Shown: positions 11,801-18,765 of the stretch, in pieces | How positions within the stretch are numbered: position 1 is the stretch's first letter | Layout: each line of letters begins with the position of its first letter | IMG/VR virus record: IMGVR_UViG_3300047330_000027 | Span: 3,862-67,861 of that record | Reading direction: 5' to 3' (one strand) | From: a virus | Length of the DNA: 64,000 nt | Program-made: the position numbers and the translations under genes | Notes under the pieces: generated by a model | What the model saw: the letters and a program-made list of their open reading frames with translations, nothing else | Told to the model about the DNA's origin: nothing | Databases searched by the model: none

Positions 11801-11867
11801 CTGTCTGGGCTGCGGCAAGGCCTGCGGTGGCGAAAAGGATTGCCGAGAGGAAGAGTCGCTTGAGCAT
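5841..11867 (-). CDS. large tail fibre/tailspike-like protein with beta-helix (pectate-lyase-like) regions, ~2008 aa
   Basis: start MLKRLFLSAILFATAGLAAAQ with AGGA/GGA SD; Stf-like N-terminal VLDNTGNPLASGKINF; GGTIYLAAGSY beta-helix cap; G/T/S/N-rich. Confidence 0.75.
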   Translation of the reverse strand: MLKRLFLSAILFATAGLAAAQTATIPASGTKVLDNTGNPLASGKINFIPTNASGTPVAYTPLGGTLQGPGTAYTATVTAGAFPSTQILNTTTASPAGLVFTITVTDPTGATIYLLLPQTAINQSSYSFDSYSASATSSITGLGLPRVTCVPGAQYTQSDAVSGAPKWVCSQLNTTDKTIVWTQNPSASGTCQGGLAIASPKYGPPYCLAPYAAWTLPGQALMNPSTTAAGPLTVGTPSGGGTAANPAGPAYALNFANSGVTAFQGSSSLTFNPTTFTLSSAGDFIVQAMESGPKVVYDPMSPAYDGGLKAAIAGTSGYTPQQVIQATIDYGECQYQMGLAPAAYRIPLPSGITINIAQLLLWGDVDFGGESFSSKPGLQHTNATTAMIEGHVAADGLTCSNGTTYHPASGGADYVYLHDFAIAGSGITSGPYDIGIWDNLGSNYWLIDRISGFGNGFGGQAVLNQGFNGYMRNLGYPANQLKGCQAYVTGALAVTSSPTGVCGTAEDDSVDDEVDWVYATDAVQGFNSSHAAGPCYPNCAAYYAQNTNGHSNHIFTQLSDVGMVNSAPQSRWEDLRNDASSREAVIITGAVTGTTMTGIVPTSSCTDTTALQSNYNAGTATGCADITDIGQANSVSNVAPATSAATFGQSYKECQIRDLQNGGSGSPNVYSGLSYVGTPANTTANDQAYCGSFYGDHASSRVIFPTMGPGIGATADNVDASGLTSININTTTPITTITHGIPGQHLEVVAYGSVAATITTGGNIYPTSGASTALTTAPITLVNEGPYQSNRWYQMGGGSGGSGGGLTGQTPTCLPKAATATTSTASSSVCDNGTTVTVSDSGGLAVAGSTNGAINFTYSGSAPTAPTGAAYQWQALASPTNPTIISPDPTPQTGIAYDTVTTTGGVTTQQQSHVNVYYAYPSGNLQNTVNLIDALGGGTIYLAAGSYSIGTPTAGLTIHSNNVCTNLWGMGVGLVTLNLSTQTDTISAYTASGTATTFTIPSTANMVSGTTKLIFSGLTANSALNATTPVVATVVDATHFSVPSSTTAGSGTETGSDSYVVPYAVGQPDTSSTEADGCSVKDLTINPNWEATDGLAIPRVNDDRSARINVTRPTYGVGAHAYHFGHSATGGTFTGAHLYDLDATAATADYTSTNRPQTAWLFDTSATDNRFDGGTSRSFQIGVRYTGGTTFFSNLHVWGTFAPQYAAYLTGLATFDRIECDGVSSTCFNIGTASNGSKISNSIMLANGSGTSGANFANVGTGIDYISFMGNDWRQLSANSTTIPITYGAGMPQHITIRGNQPDYGTTTEGAAYALTDAATVTVNEQNGLYQTLTLTQNTTIAITSQTANTEMKLQVCQTTGNSFTISYPYNMVGGLPAPLAGYCTTQRWDDDASGTLVAEGSPFTTGLPLASGNALSWSGNDFLTNGGPGVLKVGTTQGAIDGTISTNTGTFGGTVSAGTLSSSGNILFTGSGYLRLGTGTATTGTIQVPTGFSFKVRDHSNGFDWVAMGNGGADNILHLGTSGGGVATDSTFYQSNGLVDTPTYITAATNFSVNTGYVECDTTSGAFSNNLVAAPYSGTTYTIIKVDSTANVCTLAGNGNYIGASGSVGTYALSTQGQYVSLKFDSTTSRWQVVNAGPASGGGSGTVSSGTANHFGYYSAAGTTISTAPDATDNGSGTVGVNNNTASGVTNFNVGTANTTATSNTQMTVGGQATADNGQTTNVTIYGDNTQSGDIFAVRTPGSNYFEVNTGFGGFGTRTFGLANFQNGIIQSGNGAASNPGIWLRGSPYTAGTASTAYPYVYVDATGNTEPTTFSTGGTLIGANAPSGFTGNLLAGYTNGAGEFTVSSTGVLTANGATISGSPNLNGTSYAYKINGDTAWSRDSTLGSGWFDFGTGAGNSVVGNIQAAAVRLSGKCSSTASPAVCGASSAGQVQVAASGTTLTINTTIVTATSTFSFTYTTVGCTAPANIASLLPPYVSAITANTSFTITLPVAPTTNPACILYTIN

Positions 11868-11878
11868 GTATTTCCGTC

Positions 11879-13174
11879 CTATTGGAGAGCGGCGCAGGTG
11901 ATGGTTACCGTGTTCCCAGCGGCCCCGTCGTGAATGTTGGCGATGTAGTAGCCGAAGCCAGTGGAAGAGGTGCTGTTCAACCCGAAGGTGGTCTGGGTCA
12001 TGCCGGTGGAGTCGTTTGTGCCGCCCATGAAAGGAAATTGCAGGGTGCAGACGGGCGTATAACTGCCGCTGATGGTGTTGGACCAGGTTTGTGTTCCAGC
12101 GCAGTTCTGATCGGTGTCGCCGTAGTGAATCAGCGCGCAACTGGTGAAGTTCGCGACCGCAACGACGTTGTGAGGAAAGGTAATCGTGCAGGTCCCACCG
12201 AGCGCGCAGTTTGTCCCGTTAACGGTGGTCGAGGAATGCGCGAGCTGGCCGTTCGTGATCGACCCGGTGATGCCGGCGGCCGGGACCGAAGAAGCTGTCG
12301 TTGCGTTTGTTGCCGTCGCTGCTGTGGTTGCGGAGGTCGCGTTGCCGTTGAGTGCCCCGTAGAAATTGGGCGCCGTCACACTGATTGGCAGGCTGAGCTG
12401 ACCGCTCGCGCTGAGGGTCATGATCGGGCTGCCGGGATTGCCATTGAAGTTCGTGCCGCCGATGGCAAACCAATCGAATCCTCCGCCTCCGGTTCCGTGC
12501 TGGTCGAAGAAGTCGCCTTCTCCCCCGCCGAGTTGGTTCCAGCCCATCTGGGTGATATTTCCGTTGATCGAGTTGTAATAACCCGTCCCCAGGAGCGGGT
12601 TGCCGTACACTTCCCCGCCCAGCACGGAACCGTAGAACGTGCCATCAAACTGATTGGCCGATACGGTCCCGGTGAAATTCGCATTCCCTCCGGAAAGCAG
12701 GCCGCTGACGGTCAGATTGTTCACGGCAGCATCCTGCGGTCCGGTGGGAGGCACGGGCACGGGCAGCGTTGCGCATGGCTGCGCGGTGTCGAGATTGAAG
12801 GGATTGACGGTCGAGAGGATGTCAAAGCAGACCGGCTGTCCGCTCGGAATGTTGTTGTAGAGGAAGGTGACGTTGTAGCGCGTCCCGCCCGTGACGGTGC
12901 CGCACTCGATCACGTCATTCGGCCAGAGTGTGCCGGTGATGAGACCCGTGGTGTCCGGGGTCAAGGTGACCGTCGAGCGCACGGGGGAAAATTGGCCAAC
13001 CACGCGCGGGATGTTGCCGCCACAGTAAGCTAGATCGAACTTTACCTGGACAAGCTGGGTGGGGTTCCCGGCGATATCGCCGACGTGTCCAGTGACCGCA
13101 ACCGTGGTCGCCGCGTGCGCGATCGCAGCAGCGGTGAGGACCAAAATGGACAGCAGGCGGGCAAGTTTTCGCAT
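11879..13174 (-). CDS. tail fibre-like protein
   Basis: signal-peptide-like N-terminus; VTGHVGDIAGNP anchor-like domain; FYGALNGNATSATTA fibre motif. Confidence 0.7.
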   Translation of the reverse strand: MRKLARLLSILVLTAAAIAHAATTVAVTGHVGDIAGNPTQLVQVKFDLAYCGGNIPRVVGQFSPVRSTVTLTPDTTGLITGTLWPNDVIECGTVTGGTRYNVTFLYNNIPSGQPVCFDILSTVNPFNLDTAQPCATLPVPVPPTGPQDAAVNNLTVSGLLSGGNANFTGTVSANQFDGTFYGSVLGGEVYGNPLLGTGYYNSINGNITQMGWNQLGGGEGDFFDQHGTGGGGFDWFAIGGTNFNGNPGSPIMTLSASGQLSLPISVTAPNFYGALNGNATSATTAATATNATTASSVPAAGITGSITNGQLAHSSTTVNGTNCALGGTCTITFPHNVVAVANFTSCALIHYGDTDQNCAGTQTWSNTISGSYTPVCTLQFPFMGGTNDSTGMTQTTFGLNSTSSTGFGYYIANIHDGAAGNTVTITCAALQ

Positions 13175-13237
13175 CGGCGCTTTCGTTGAGCGTCGAGACT
13201 CATACCATTTCCTGTTTCAAAAGTGGGTAAGAAACAC

Positions 13238-13264
13238 AAAAAGCCCTCGGATGTCGAGGGCTTC
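13238..13264 (-). terminator. intrinsic terminator ahead of the first late gene
   Basis: minus strand AAGCCCTCG-acatc-CGAGGGCTT followed by TTTGTGTTTC. Confidence 0.75.
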
Positions 13265-13380
13265 GTGGAGCGTTTCTGCCTCTGCTCTGCGTCAGAAGGT
13301 GGGGCCGACCACACCGTAATCCCTGGAAGGAGATGCGGCCGGCCTGGAGGCAACAGGCTATTCACCCGTCGCACGGGTAG
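13238..13380 (-). ncRNA. candidate antisense regulatory sRNA (two seed loops UUGCCUC and UUCCAG)
   Basis: hairpins gcctg-TTGCCTC-caggc and ggccggccgca..tcc-TTCCAG-gga..tgtggtcggcc, whose G-U pairs work only on the minus strand; ends in a terminator; loops complementary to repeated leader motifs; 5' end uncertain. Confidence 0.6.
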
Positions 13381-13505
13381 TGTCACATTAGCGACCGACG
13401 CAACGCAAGCAGAACACACTCAACAGCATGCCAGCGGTAATTGGTGCTGGTATCCCCCTAGGCAACACTAAAATGCCTCGCGATGCACGCTTTTGTGCAC
13501 AATGG

Positions 13506-13823
13506 TCAGCTTTTGGTAACAAAAATGACAGTTTGAGCGAAACTGACCGGGCGTTTTCGGGGTCTGCCTGTAGACTTTCTGTTCGCCTGGACGCCGCCCC
13601 TGATCCACGAAAATTTATCTTTGACCTTGCGCAAAGGTTGGGTCGTGAATGGAAGTGGCTTCGAAGTAAGTCCGGTGCAGAATTGCTTAAGAAGCGACGC
13701 TTGCCCGCAGCGCGGACAGGTCTCGGTGAGCGATGGTTCGTTGGCGGTAGCGCTTTCGTACTGACCGCAGGTGAAGCAGATCCTTCGCGCGTAGAAATAC
13801 GCGACCAGCATCGGTGGCGACAT
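13506..13823 (-). CDS. putative Zn-ribbon protein
   Basis: CxxC...CxxC (CFTC, CPRC) and a basic C-terminus. Confidence 0.45.
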   Translation of the reverse strand: MSPPMLVAYFYARRICFTCGQYESATANEPSLTETCPRCGQASLLKQFCTGLTSKPLPFTTQPLRKVKDKFSWIRGGVQANRKSTGRPRKRPVSFAQTVIFVTKS

Positions 13824-13964
13824 CTGTAGAGTTGCCCCGTTCCCAATCAGGAATAGGGCATCTGTCCAGCGCTTACCGCCTACAACTCTGCGCCTAAAGC
13901 TCTACAGCGCTCGGCACATGCCCATCGCGAAACTAAGGCCGACTGAGTTGGTGATGCAAGGGCT

Positions 13965-14294
13965 TTAAGCAACCTTTTCTGTTCGAGGTGCTTCAAGTGC
14001 GGGTCCGAGTTTCGCGGCGAGTTTTTGCGCGTGCCGATCTGCGTGGATGGTCATCTCGGCGAGGATGATTTCAACCGAGTGCGCCAGCTCTTCGGCTTTC
14101 GCCTGGTCGAAGTAGACCGAGGTTTCGAAGTGATGACGCCGGCCGCCAAGCTCGTCCTGGCAGGTCCTGCAGAAGTAGCGCGACCCGCACCCCTTTTCGG
14201 GCGAGACCGAAGCAAACTCGCTCTCGAAAACGATGAGGTGCTCGACGCCGTTCACGGTGATGGGTTTCTCGATGATCTTCAGGTCCTGGCTCAT
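13965..14294 (-). CDS. hypothetical protein, possible Zn finger
   Basis: GGAGAA SD; CRTC...HxxxH. Confidence 0.6.
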   Translation of the reverse strand: MSQDLKIIEKPITVNGVEHLIVFESEFASVSPEKGCGSRYFCRTCQDELGGRRHHFETSVYFDQAKAEELAHSVEIILAEMTIHADRHAQKLAAKLGPALEAPRTEKVA

Positions 14295-14388
14295 CGCTTT
14301 CTCCTCCCCTGCTTCCCTACCAGCTTTTGACGCGCATGGCACATTGTCAGCCCTAAAAGCAGCGCGACCGCCAACGCGAGCAAGTCCA

Positions 14389-14799
14389 TCATCCACTCAC
14401 CGCGGGGCGGCTTCCCTGCCCCGTGATGCGCTCGTACAGTAAACACCAGGCTTGTTTGGCCACGCGCTCGAGTTCGTTGAAGTCCTGCTTACCGGTGATG
14501 TCGAAGGAGAATGGCGAGCACAGCCAGCCGTTGCCGATGTCGGTGACCCCTTTGTATGGAAGCGGCGATTCGGCTGGCCACTCCGGATTGGTCTTTCGGC
14601 CGGCTGCGTAGAGCCAAAAACCGCGGCCTTCGATGGATGGCAGTTCCCCGTTCGGCACTTCGAAATACGGCGCGTACCCGGAATTGGACATTAGCCAGAT
14701 GCGCCGGTCCCGCACGCTCATCTCTTGCTCAAGAGCATCAAGCTTGATCGCGATCTCAACTAGGCTCATCTGGGTTTGCGGGTAGTGTTCGTGGTTCAT
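14389..14799 (-). CDS. hypothetical protein
   Basis: 136-aa ORF with globular-looking composition, divergent from parA. Confidence 0.6.
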   Translation of the reverse strand: MNHEHYPQTQMSLVEIAIKLDALEQEMSVRDRRIWLMSNSGYAPYFEVPNGELPSIEGRGFWLYAAGRKTNPEWPAESPLPYKGVTDIGNGWLCSPFSFDITGKQDFNELERVAKQAWCLLYERITGQGSRPAVSG

Positions 14800-14893
14800 G
14801 GCGTCAGTCTAATATGATTCTCTATACAAACTCCATACATTTTGCATGGACTATGGATGAGTAGTCATTACTTTCAGGAGTGGAGGCTTTTCA

Positions 14894-15535
14894 GTGATTT
14901 TAACGGTAGGCAACGTCAAAGGTGGCGTGGGGAAAACCACGCTCGCCATCAACTTCGCCATCACACTCGCGCGCCGCGGCAGGGAAGTGCTGCTGATCGA
15001 CGGGGACGAGCAACAGACGGCGATGCAGTTTACCGATCTGCGCTCGGGCGTGCTCGAAAAGGCCGGTTACACCTGCGCATCGCTGTTCGGTCGCAACATC
15101 CAGACCCAAGTCAAACAGCTCGCGAAGAAGTATGACGACATCGTGATCGACGTGGGCGGCAGGGATACCGGCTCGCTGCGCTCGGCTTTGGTCGTCACAG
15201 ACGTCGTGCTGATGCCCGTGCAGCCGCGCTCTTTTGACCTGTGGGGCACCGATCTGACCATTTCGCTGGTTCAGGAAGCCCGCGAGTGGAACGCGCCGCT
15301 GGTGGCCATCTGCGTCGTCAACGGCGCCGATGCGAAGGGAAGTGACAACCTGGCGACCGCAGAAGAATTGCAGAAGCTGGGTGGAGTGGAGGTGTTGCCG
15401 CCATACATCGTGCGCAGGAAGGCCTTTCCGAACGCAGCCACGGCAGGGAAGGGAATTGTCGAGTGGGACGACGAGAAGGCCGAGGCCGAGTTTATGGCGG
15501 TATTTAAGATGGTGCTCGCACGCTGGAAACGGTGA
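14894..15535 (+). CDS. parA: ParA/ParF-type partition ATPase
   Basis: deviant Walker A KGGVGKTT, IDGDEQ, Walker B DDIVIDVGG; short type Ib form. Confidence 0.92.
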   Translation: MILTVGNVKGGVGKTTLAINFAITLARRGREVLLIDGDEQQTAMQFTDLRSGVLEKAGYTCASLFGRNIQTQVKQLAKKYDDIVIDVGGRDTGSLRSALVVTDVVLMPVQPRSFDLWGTDLTISLVQEAREWNAPLVAICVVNGADAKGSDNLATAEELQKLGGVEVLPPYIVRRKAFPNAATAGKGIVEWDDEKAEAEFMAVFKMVLARWKR

Positions 15536-15600
15536 ACTCAATACAACATGCATAGATATTGTATGCGTTATGCAGTTATTCTGAATTAGAGGTCAATACA

Positions 15601-15858
15601 ATGACAATCGCCAGCACCCCCATCAAGCCGCGGCCGCGTCCGGTCGAGACGTTTACGGAACGCGCGGAAATTCAGCAGGGAAGGGAAGTGGTCGACCGCG
15701 AAAAGCCGGTACTGCTTCAGGCGCGTATCCCGCGTCACGTACTCGCACGCATCGATCAGAACGCTTCGCGGGAAGGAATCTCGCGCAACGCGTTCCTGGT
15801 GTCAGGGATTATGCGCCTGATGGATATTCTTGAGCGCGACCGCAGGGAAGGGAATTGA
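15601..15858 (+). CDS. ParG-like ribbon-helix-helix partition adaptor
   Basis: small gene after parA; LQARIPRHVLARIDQNASREGISRNAFL RHH pattern. Confidence 0.7.
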   Translation: MTIASTPIKPRPRPVETFTERAEIQQGREVVDREKPVLLQARIPRHVLARIDQNASREGISRNAFLVSGIMRLMDILERDRREGN

Positions 15859-15860
15859 CG

Positions 15861-16190
15861 TTACTGCTGCCACGCTTCGCGCCGGTAGCCGTCCTGATCG
15901 GTGCCTTGGTTATCGAGGTTGCTGTCATCCACGTAGCCATGGGCCATGATCGTCATCGTCGCCCTGAGCTGCGTGATCTGTAGTTCCAGGTCCTGAATTT
16001 GCTGTCGGTCGTCTTCGAGCTCCTGCGTCTGGTCGACCACCTCGATGGTGTGGATCGAATTGCTTGAGATTTCACCGAGCGCGAGGACGATGACAAACGG
16101 CAGCGCGATCGCGGCGAATCGGGTGTATATCTGGAGTGCCTTTCTAGCTCTATCCATGCCGTAACTCCTTGATTCTATGTCTGATAACAT
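15861..16190 (-). CDS. membrane-anchored coiled-coil hypothetical protein
   Basis: one TM segment plus a coiled coil. Confidence 0.55.
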   Translation of the reverse strand: MLSDIESRSYGMDRARKALQIYTRFAAIALPFVIVLALGEISSNSIHTIEVVDQTQELEDDRQQIQDLELQITQLRATMTIMAHGYVDDSNLDNQGTDQDGYRREAWQQ

Positions 16191-16208
16191 AGTTTCTGTC
16201 TACTGGAT

Positions 16209-16550
16209 TCAAACGATCAGCGAATGATCCTCGGCAGTGTACAGGTAACCAGGCTCATATTCCGAGAACCGCGAATTGTGGAAGAAGAACCTGTAGCTGT
16301 CCATCGGAACGCCCGGCGGATCAACTGAGAAGACGTGCTTCTCGTAAACGCGCCCGATTTTGTAATCGTGACCGACCAGAATTTCGTTCTCGCGCGCAAC
16401 CCACAGGAACATGGTTTTCTCGGGAACGAAGGGGTTCCAGCGATATATGCGCGGCGGGGCAACGCGAGCCGGATCGATGGCGTCGCTAGACGAGATCCCG
16501 CAGAGATGCGTCCACAGCTTTTTGAACGGCTTGAGAATCGTTTGCCACAT
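16209..16550 (-). CDS. hypothetical protein
   Basis: GAGG SD; co-oriented with the leftward arm. Confidence 0.55.
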   Translation of the reverse strand: MWQTILKPFKKLWTHLCGISSSDAIDPARVAPPRIYRWNPFVPEKTMFLWVARENEILVGHDYKIGRVYEKHVFSVDPPGVPMDSYRFFFHNSRFSEYEPGYLYTAEDHSLIV

Positions 16551-16707
16551 ATGGAGCCTCTTGCTTTTGGGCCGGCGGCGGTTCCGTTGGAAGACCGCAA
16601 GCGCCGCCCCAGTCGCTACAGTCTTTGCAAGGCTGGCAGAGGCCGCCGCTGGTGGCCGGCAGATCGCAGATCACCACGCAGCGGCACTGCTCGGTTACTT
16701 GTTCCAT
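16486..16707 (-). CDS. small Cys-rich hypothetical protein
   Basis: MEQVTEQCRC...CQPCKDC; overlaps the next gene. Confidence 0.35.
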   Translation of the reverse strand: MEQVTEQCRCVVICDLPATSGGLCQPCKDCSDWGGACGLPTEPPPAQKQEAPYVANDSQAVQKAVDASLRDLV

Positions 16708-16964
16708 GGTTTGAAATTGAGCAGACTCACCGGGTCCATGTGGTCTCCCCTTCCAGTTGGAGATTTCACCTGGGGTCGAGCGCACCGACCCCAGGCTTGC
16801 TGCCTCTATAGCGGGTTGTCATCCGGAAGTCTGATACTCGCTGCCGTACGCCTTATGCCTATGGGATGGCTCCCTCGTACTAGCCCCTCGCAGCGTACTT
16901 TGAGGGCGGCAATCCTGACAGTGTTTCTCTCCGGTACAGCGACTTCCCTTTCGCGGTGGAATGT

Positions 16965-17297
16965 CTATTCGAGCCGTTGGATGATGTCGGACAGTCGACC
17001 GTTGAGAGAGTCAGCGTAGCTAGCTAGCTCGGTACTCAAACCCGCAATGTCTCCTGGATGCTGTGCCGTTTCTGGTGATTTAGATGGCTGGATCAGTCCT
17101 TGAGCGAACAGGAGGCTATGAATTCGGTCTAACTGTATGTGTGCCATCTGCACGTAGGCATGAGCACGAGCAAGCTGCTTGCCGACAGATTCAGTCGGAG
17201 CTGACGTTGATACGAAGTTTTGAGCATTGTGGTAGATGGACGGGGCGGGAGTTTGAGGATTTCCCAGATAGCGGGCACCCTCTTCGGGATACGGCAT
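16965..17297 (-). CDS. hypothetical protein
   Basis: GGAGGCAACA SD immediately upstream. Confidence 0.65.
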   Translation of the reverse strand: MPYPEEGARYLGNPQTPAPSIYHNAQNFVSTSAPTESVGKQLARAHAYVQMAHIQLDRIHSLLFAQGLIQPSKSPETAQHPGDIAGLSTELASYADSLNGRLSDIIQRLE

Positions 17298-17430
17298 AGT
17301 GTGTTGCCTCCAGGCGCGTGCGGGGTAGAACTAACGTTGCAGCGAGGCTTCCAGATTCCTCGCGACTGAGACATCATAGACCCTTTTGTAACCGTTTGGG
17401 CAAGTGGAAACTTCACAGTCTCTGAATTAT

Positions 17431-17703
17431 TTACGTGGGCTCGACGATCTCTTTTGCACTTTCGTTTGTTCCATGTGGAACACCCGCGAATCGAGCTTTG
17501 CCGATTGTGAATTCCTTCGGCAACACTTCCGGCTTTGCCACCAGGACCTTGGTTTGCTTCGGCCAGTGCGTTGCCTCATTCTCGCGGTCGCACTGAGCCC
17601 AGCAGGAACAACAGAGCGCATCGTTGGTGCCTGGGCGCACGGGAGCGACGTGGTTATAGCTCGACGTGCACCCGCAGATGCAGTTGCAAACGGAGGTCAA
17701 CAT
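17431..17703 (-). CDS. small Cys-rich hypothetical protein
   Basis: TGATG overlap with the upstream gene; CxCxxxC and CCxC. Confidence 0.5.
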   Translation of the reverse strand: MLTSVCNCICGCTSSYNHVAPVRPGTNDALCCSCWAQCDRENEATHWPKQTKVLVAKPEVLPKEFTIGKARFAGVPHGTNESAKEIVEPT

Positions 17704-18164
17704 CAGTCCCCTGCCCCGAGTTGCTTCGCGTGGCTGCTGACATTCAGCTTGAATTGCTCCCATGCGGTCTGGTTGGTTCCAGGAGCGACTGCGTAAGGCA
17801 TGAACACCTGTGCGGCCTCGACCTGGTTCGATTCCACGATGGCGATCTGCGCGGCAATCCAGTCTTTGACGATGCGCCACGCAATCCACTTCGATTGCTT
17901 CTCGATGCGCGCCATCATGGTCGCCGTCCACCGCCCTCGCTGTTTTTGTTTCTTCATCGCGCGTTCGACGCCGGCCACATTCACCGGCAATGCGAACTCG
18001 ACCGATACATTGTGGATTTGGAGTACGAATGCCACCCCCGATGGCTCCCCATTGGGCGCGTAGTCTGCCCGAATCGAGCGCGCGCCTTTGGACGCGAGCA
18101 GGGCACTGATCTCAGCAACCGTCTGCTGGACCGGGATGGTGGTGGTGTAGTTCTTGATCGGCAT
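17703..18164 (-). CDS. conserved phage hypothetical protein
   Basis: MPIKNYTT...AWRIVKDW...QVFMPY pattern common in phages; AGGA SD. Confidence 0.75.
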   Translation of the reverse strand: MPIKNYTTTIPVQQTVAEISALLASKGARSIRADYAPNGEPSGVAFVLQIHNVSVEFALPVNVAGVERAMKKQKQRGRWTATMMARIEKQSKWIAWRIVKDWIAAQIAIVESNQVEAAQVFMPYAVAPGTNQTAWEQFKLNVSSHAKQLGAGD

Positions 18165-18173
18165 AAGTTCCTT

Positions 18174-18353
18174 TCAGATTTTGTGCGCAGTATGAATCAT
18201 CGGTTGCGCCTTCACGATTCCTGTGCGGCTGGTGCGCGCCGGATGCATGACAACGATCTTCTGACCATGCCGACCTCGGCAGGGCTGGCCAGCAGGCGCG
18301 AGGCAGCGCGGACACTTGCGATCAAGCGCGAACGCGGCTTTCTTCTTGATCAT
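18174..18353 (-). CDS. small phage Zn-finger protein
   Basis: CPRCLAPAGQPC...HPAR; ATGA overlap. Confidence 0.6.
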   Translation of the reverse strand: MIKKKAAFALDRKCPRCLAPAGQPCRGRHGQKIVVMHPARTSRTGIVKAQPMIHTAHKI

Positions 18354-18562
18354 GAGTTCCCTTCTTTCGGCCTATGCCCGATGTGGAAGTTCCCGCACTC
18401 GAAGCATCGGTAGGGCAAGATTTCGGTGCCGGTCGCGAGGGATCGAGCTTCCGCAACCTTCTCGGCCAGCGTGATCGAGTGGTAAGGCTTCTTCCGACCA
18501 CAGCGGCTCATCGATACCTCGGCCAGGGTGCGATGTCCGGTAATGCCGACGGGCCCGATCAT
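18350..18562 (-). CDS. small Zn-finger protein
   Basis: C..KKPY...YRCFECGNFHIGH. Confidence 0.65.
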   Translation of the reverse strand: MIGPVGITGHRTLAEVSMSRCGRKKPYHSITLAEKVAEARSLATGTEILPYRCFECGNFHIGHRPKEGNS

Positions 18563-18744
18563 GAGACGCCCATCTGCGCCTCAAGCACAGCTTTACGTGC
18601 GCGCGCGGCATCGCGTCGCTCTGCGTGAGGTTCTTTCATGGGATTGCCCTTGCCGCGCTTGACACCGCGCTCTAGCGGCCGGCAGGGGTAGCCGCGTCTT
18701 GCTTTGCACTTCGGGCACTGAACGCTCTTCCAGGTAGCGAACAT
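18559..18744 (-). CDS. small phage Zn-finger protein
   Basis: CPKCKARRGYPC...HAERR; GGAGGCAACA SD. Confidence 0.65.
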   Translation of the reverse strand: MFATWKSVQCPKCKARRGYPCRPLERGVKRGKGNPMKEPHAERRDAARARKAVLEAQMGVS

Positions 18745-18765
18745 TGCGTGTTGCCTCCGTCTTGC

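Noticed and set aside
11868-12140. N-terminal extension of the 2099-aa ORF
   Set aside because: Overlaps the upstream gene, is R/H-rich shadow sequence, and the SD plus signal peptide mark 11867 as the start
5841-13174. Diversity-generating retroelement or invertible fibre cassette
   Set aside because: No reverse transcriptase, invertase or TR/VR repeat pair seen in the window
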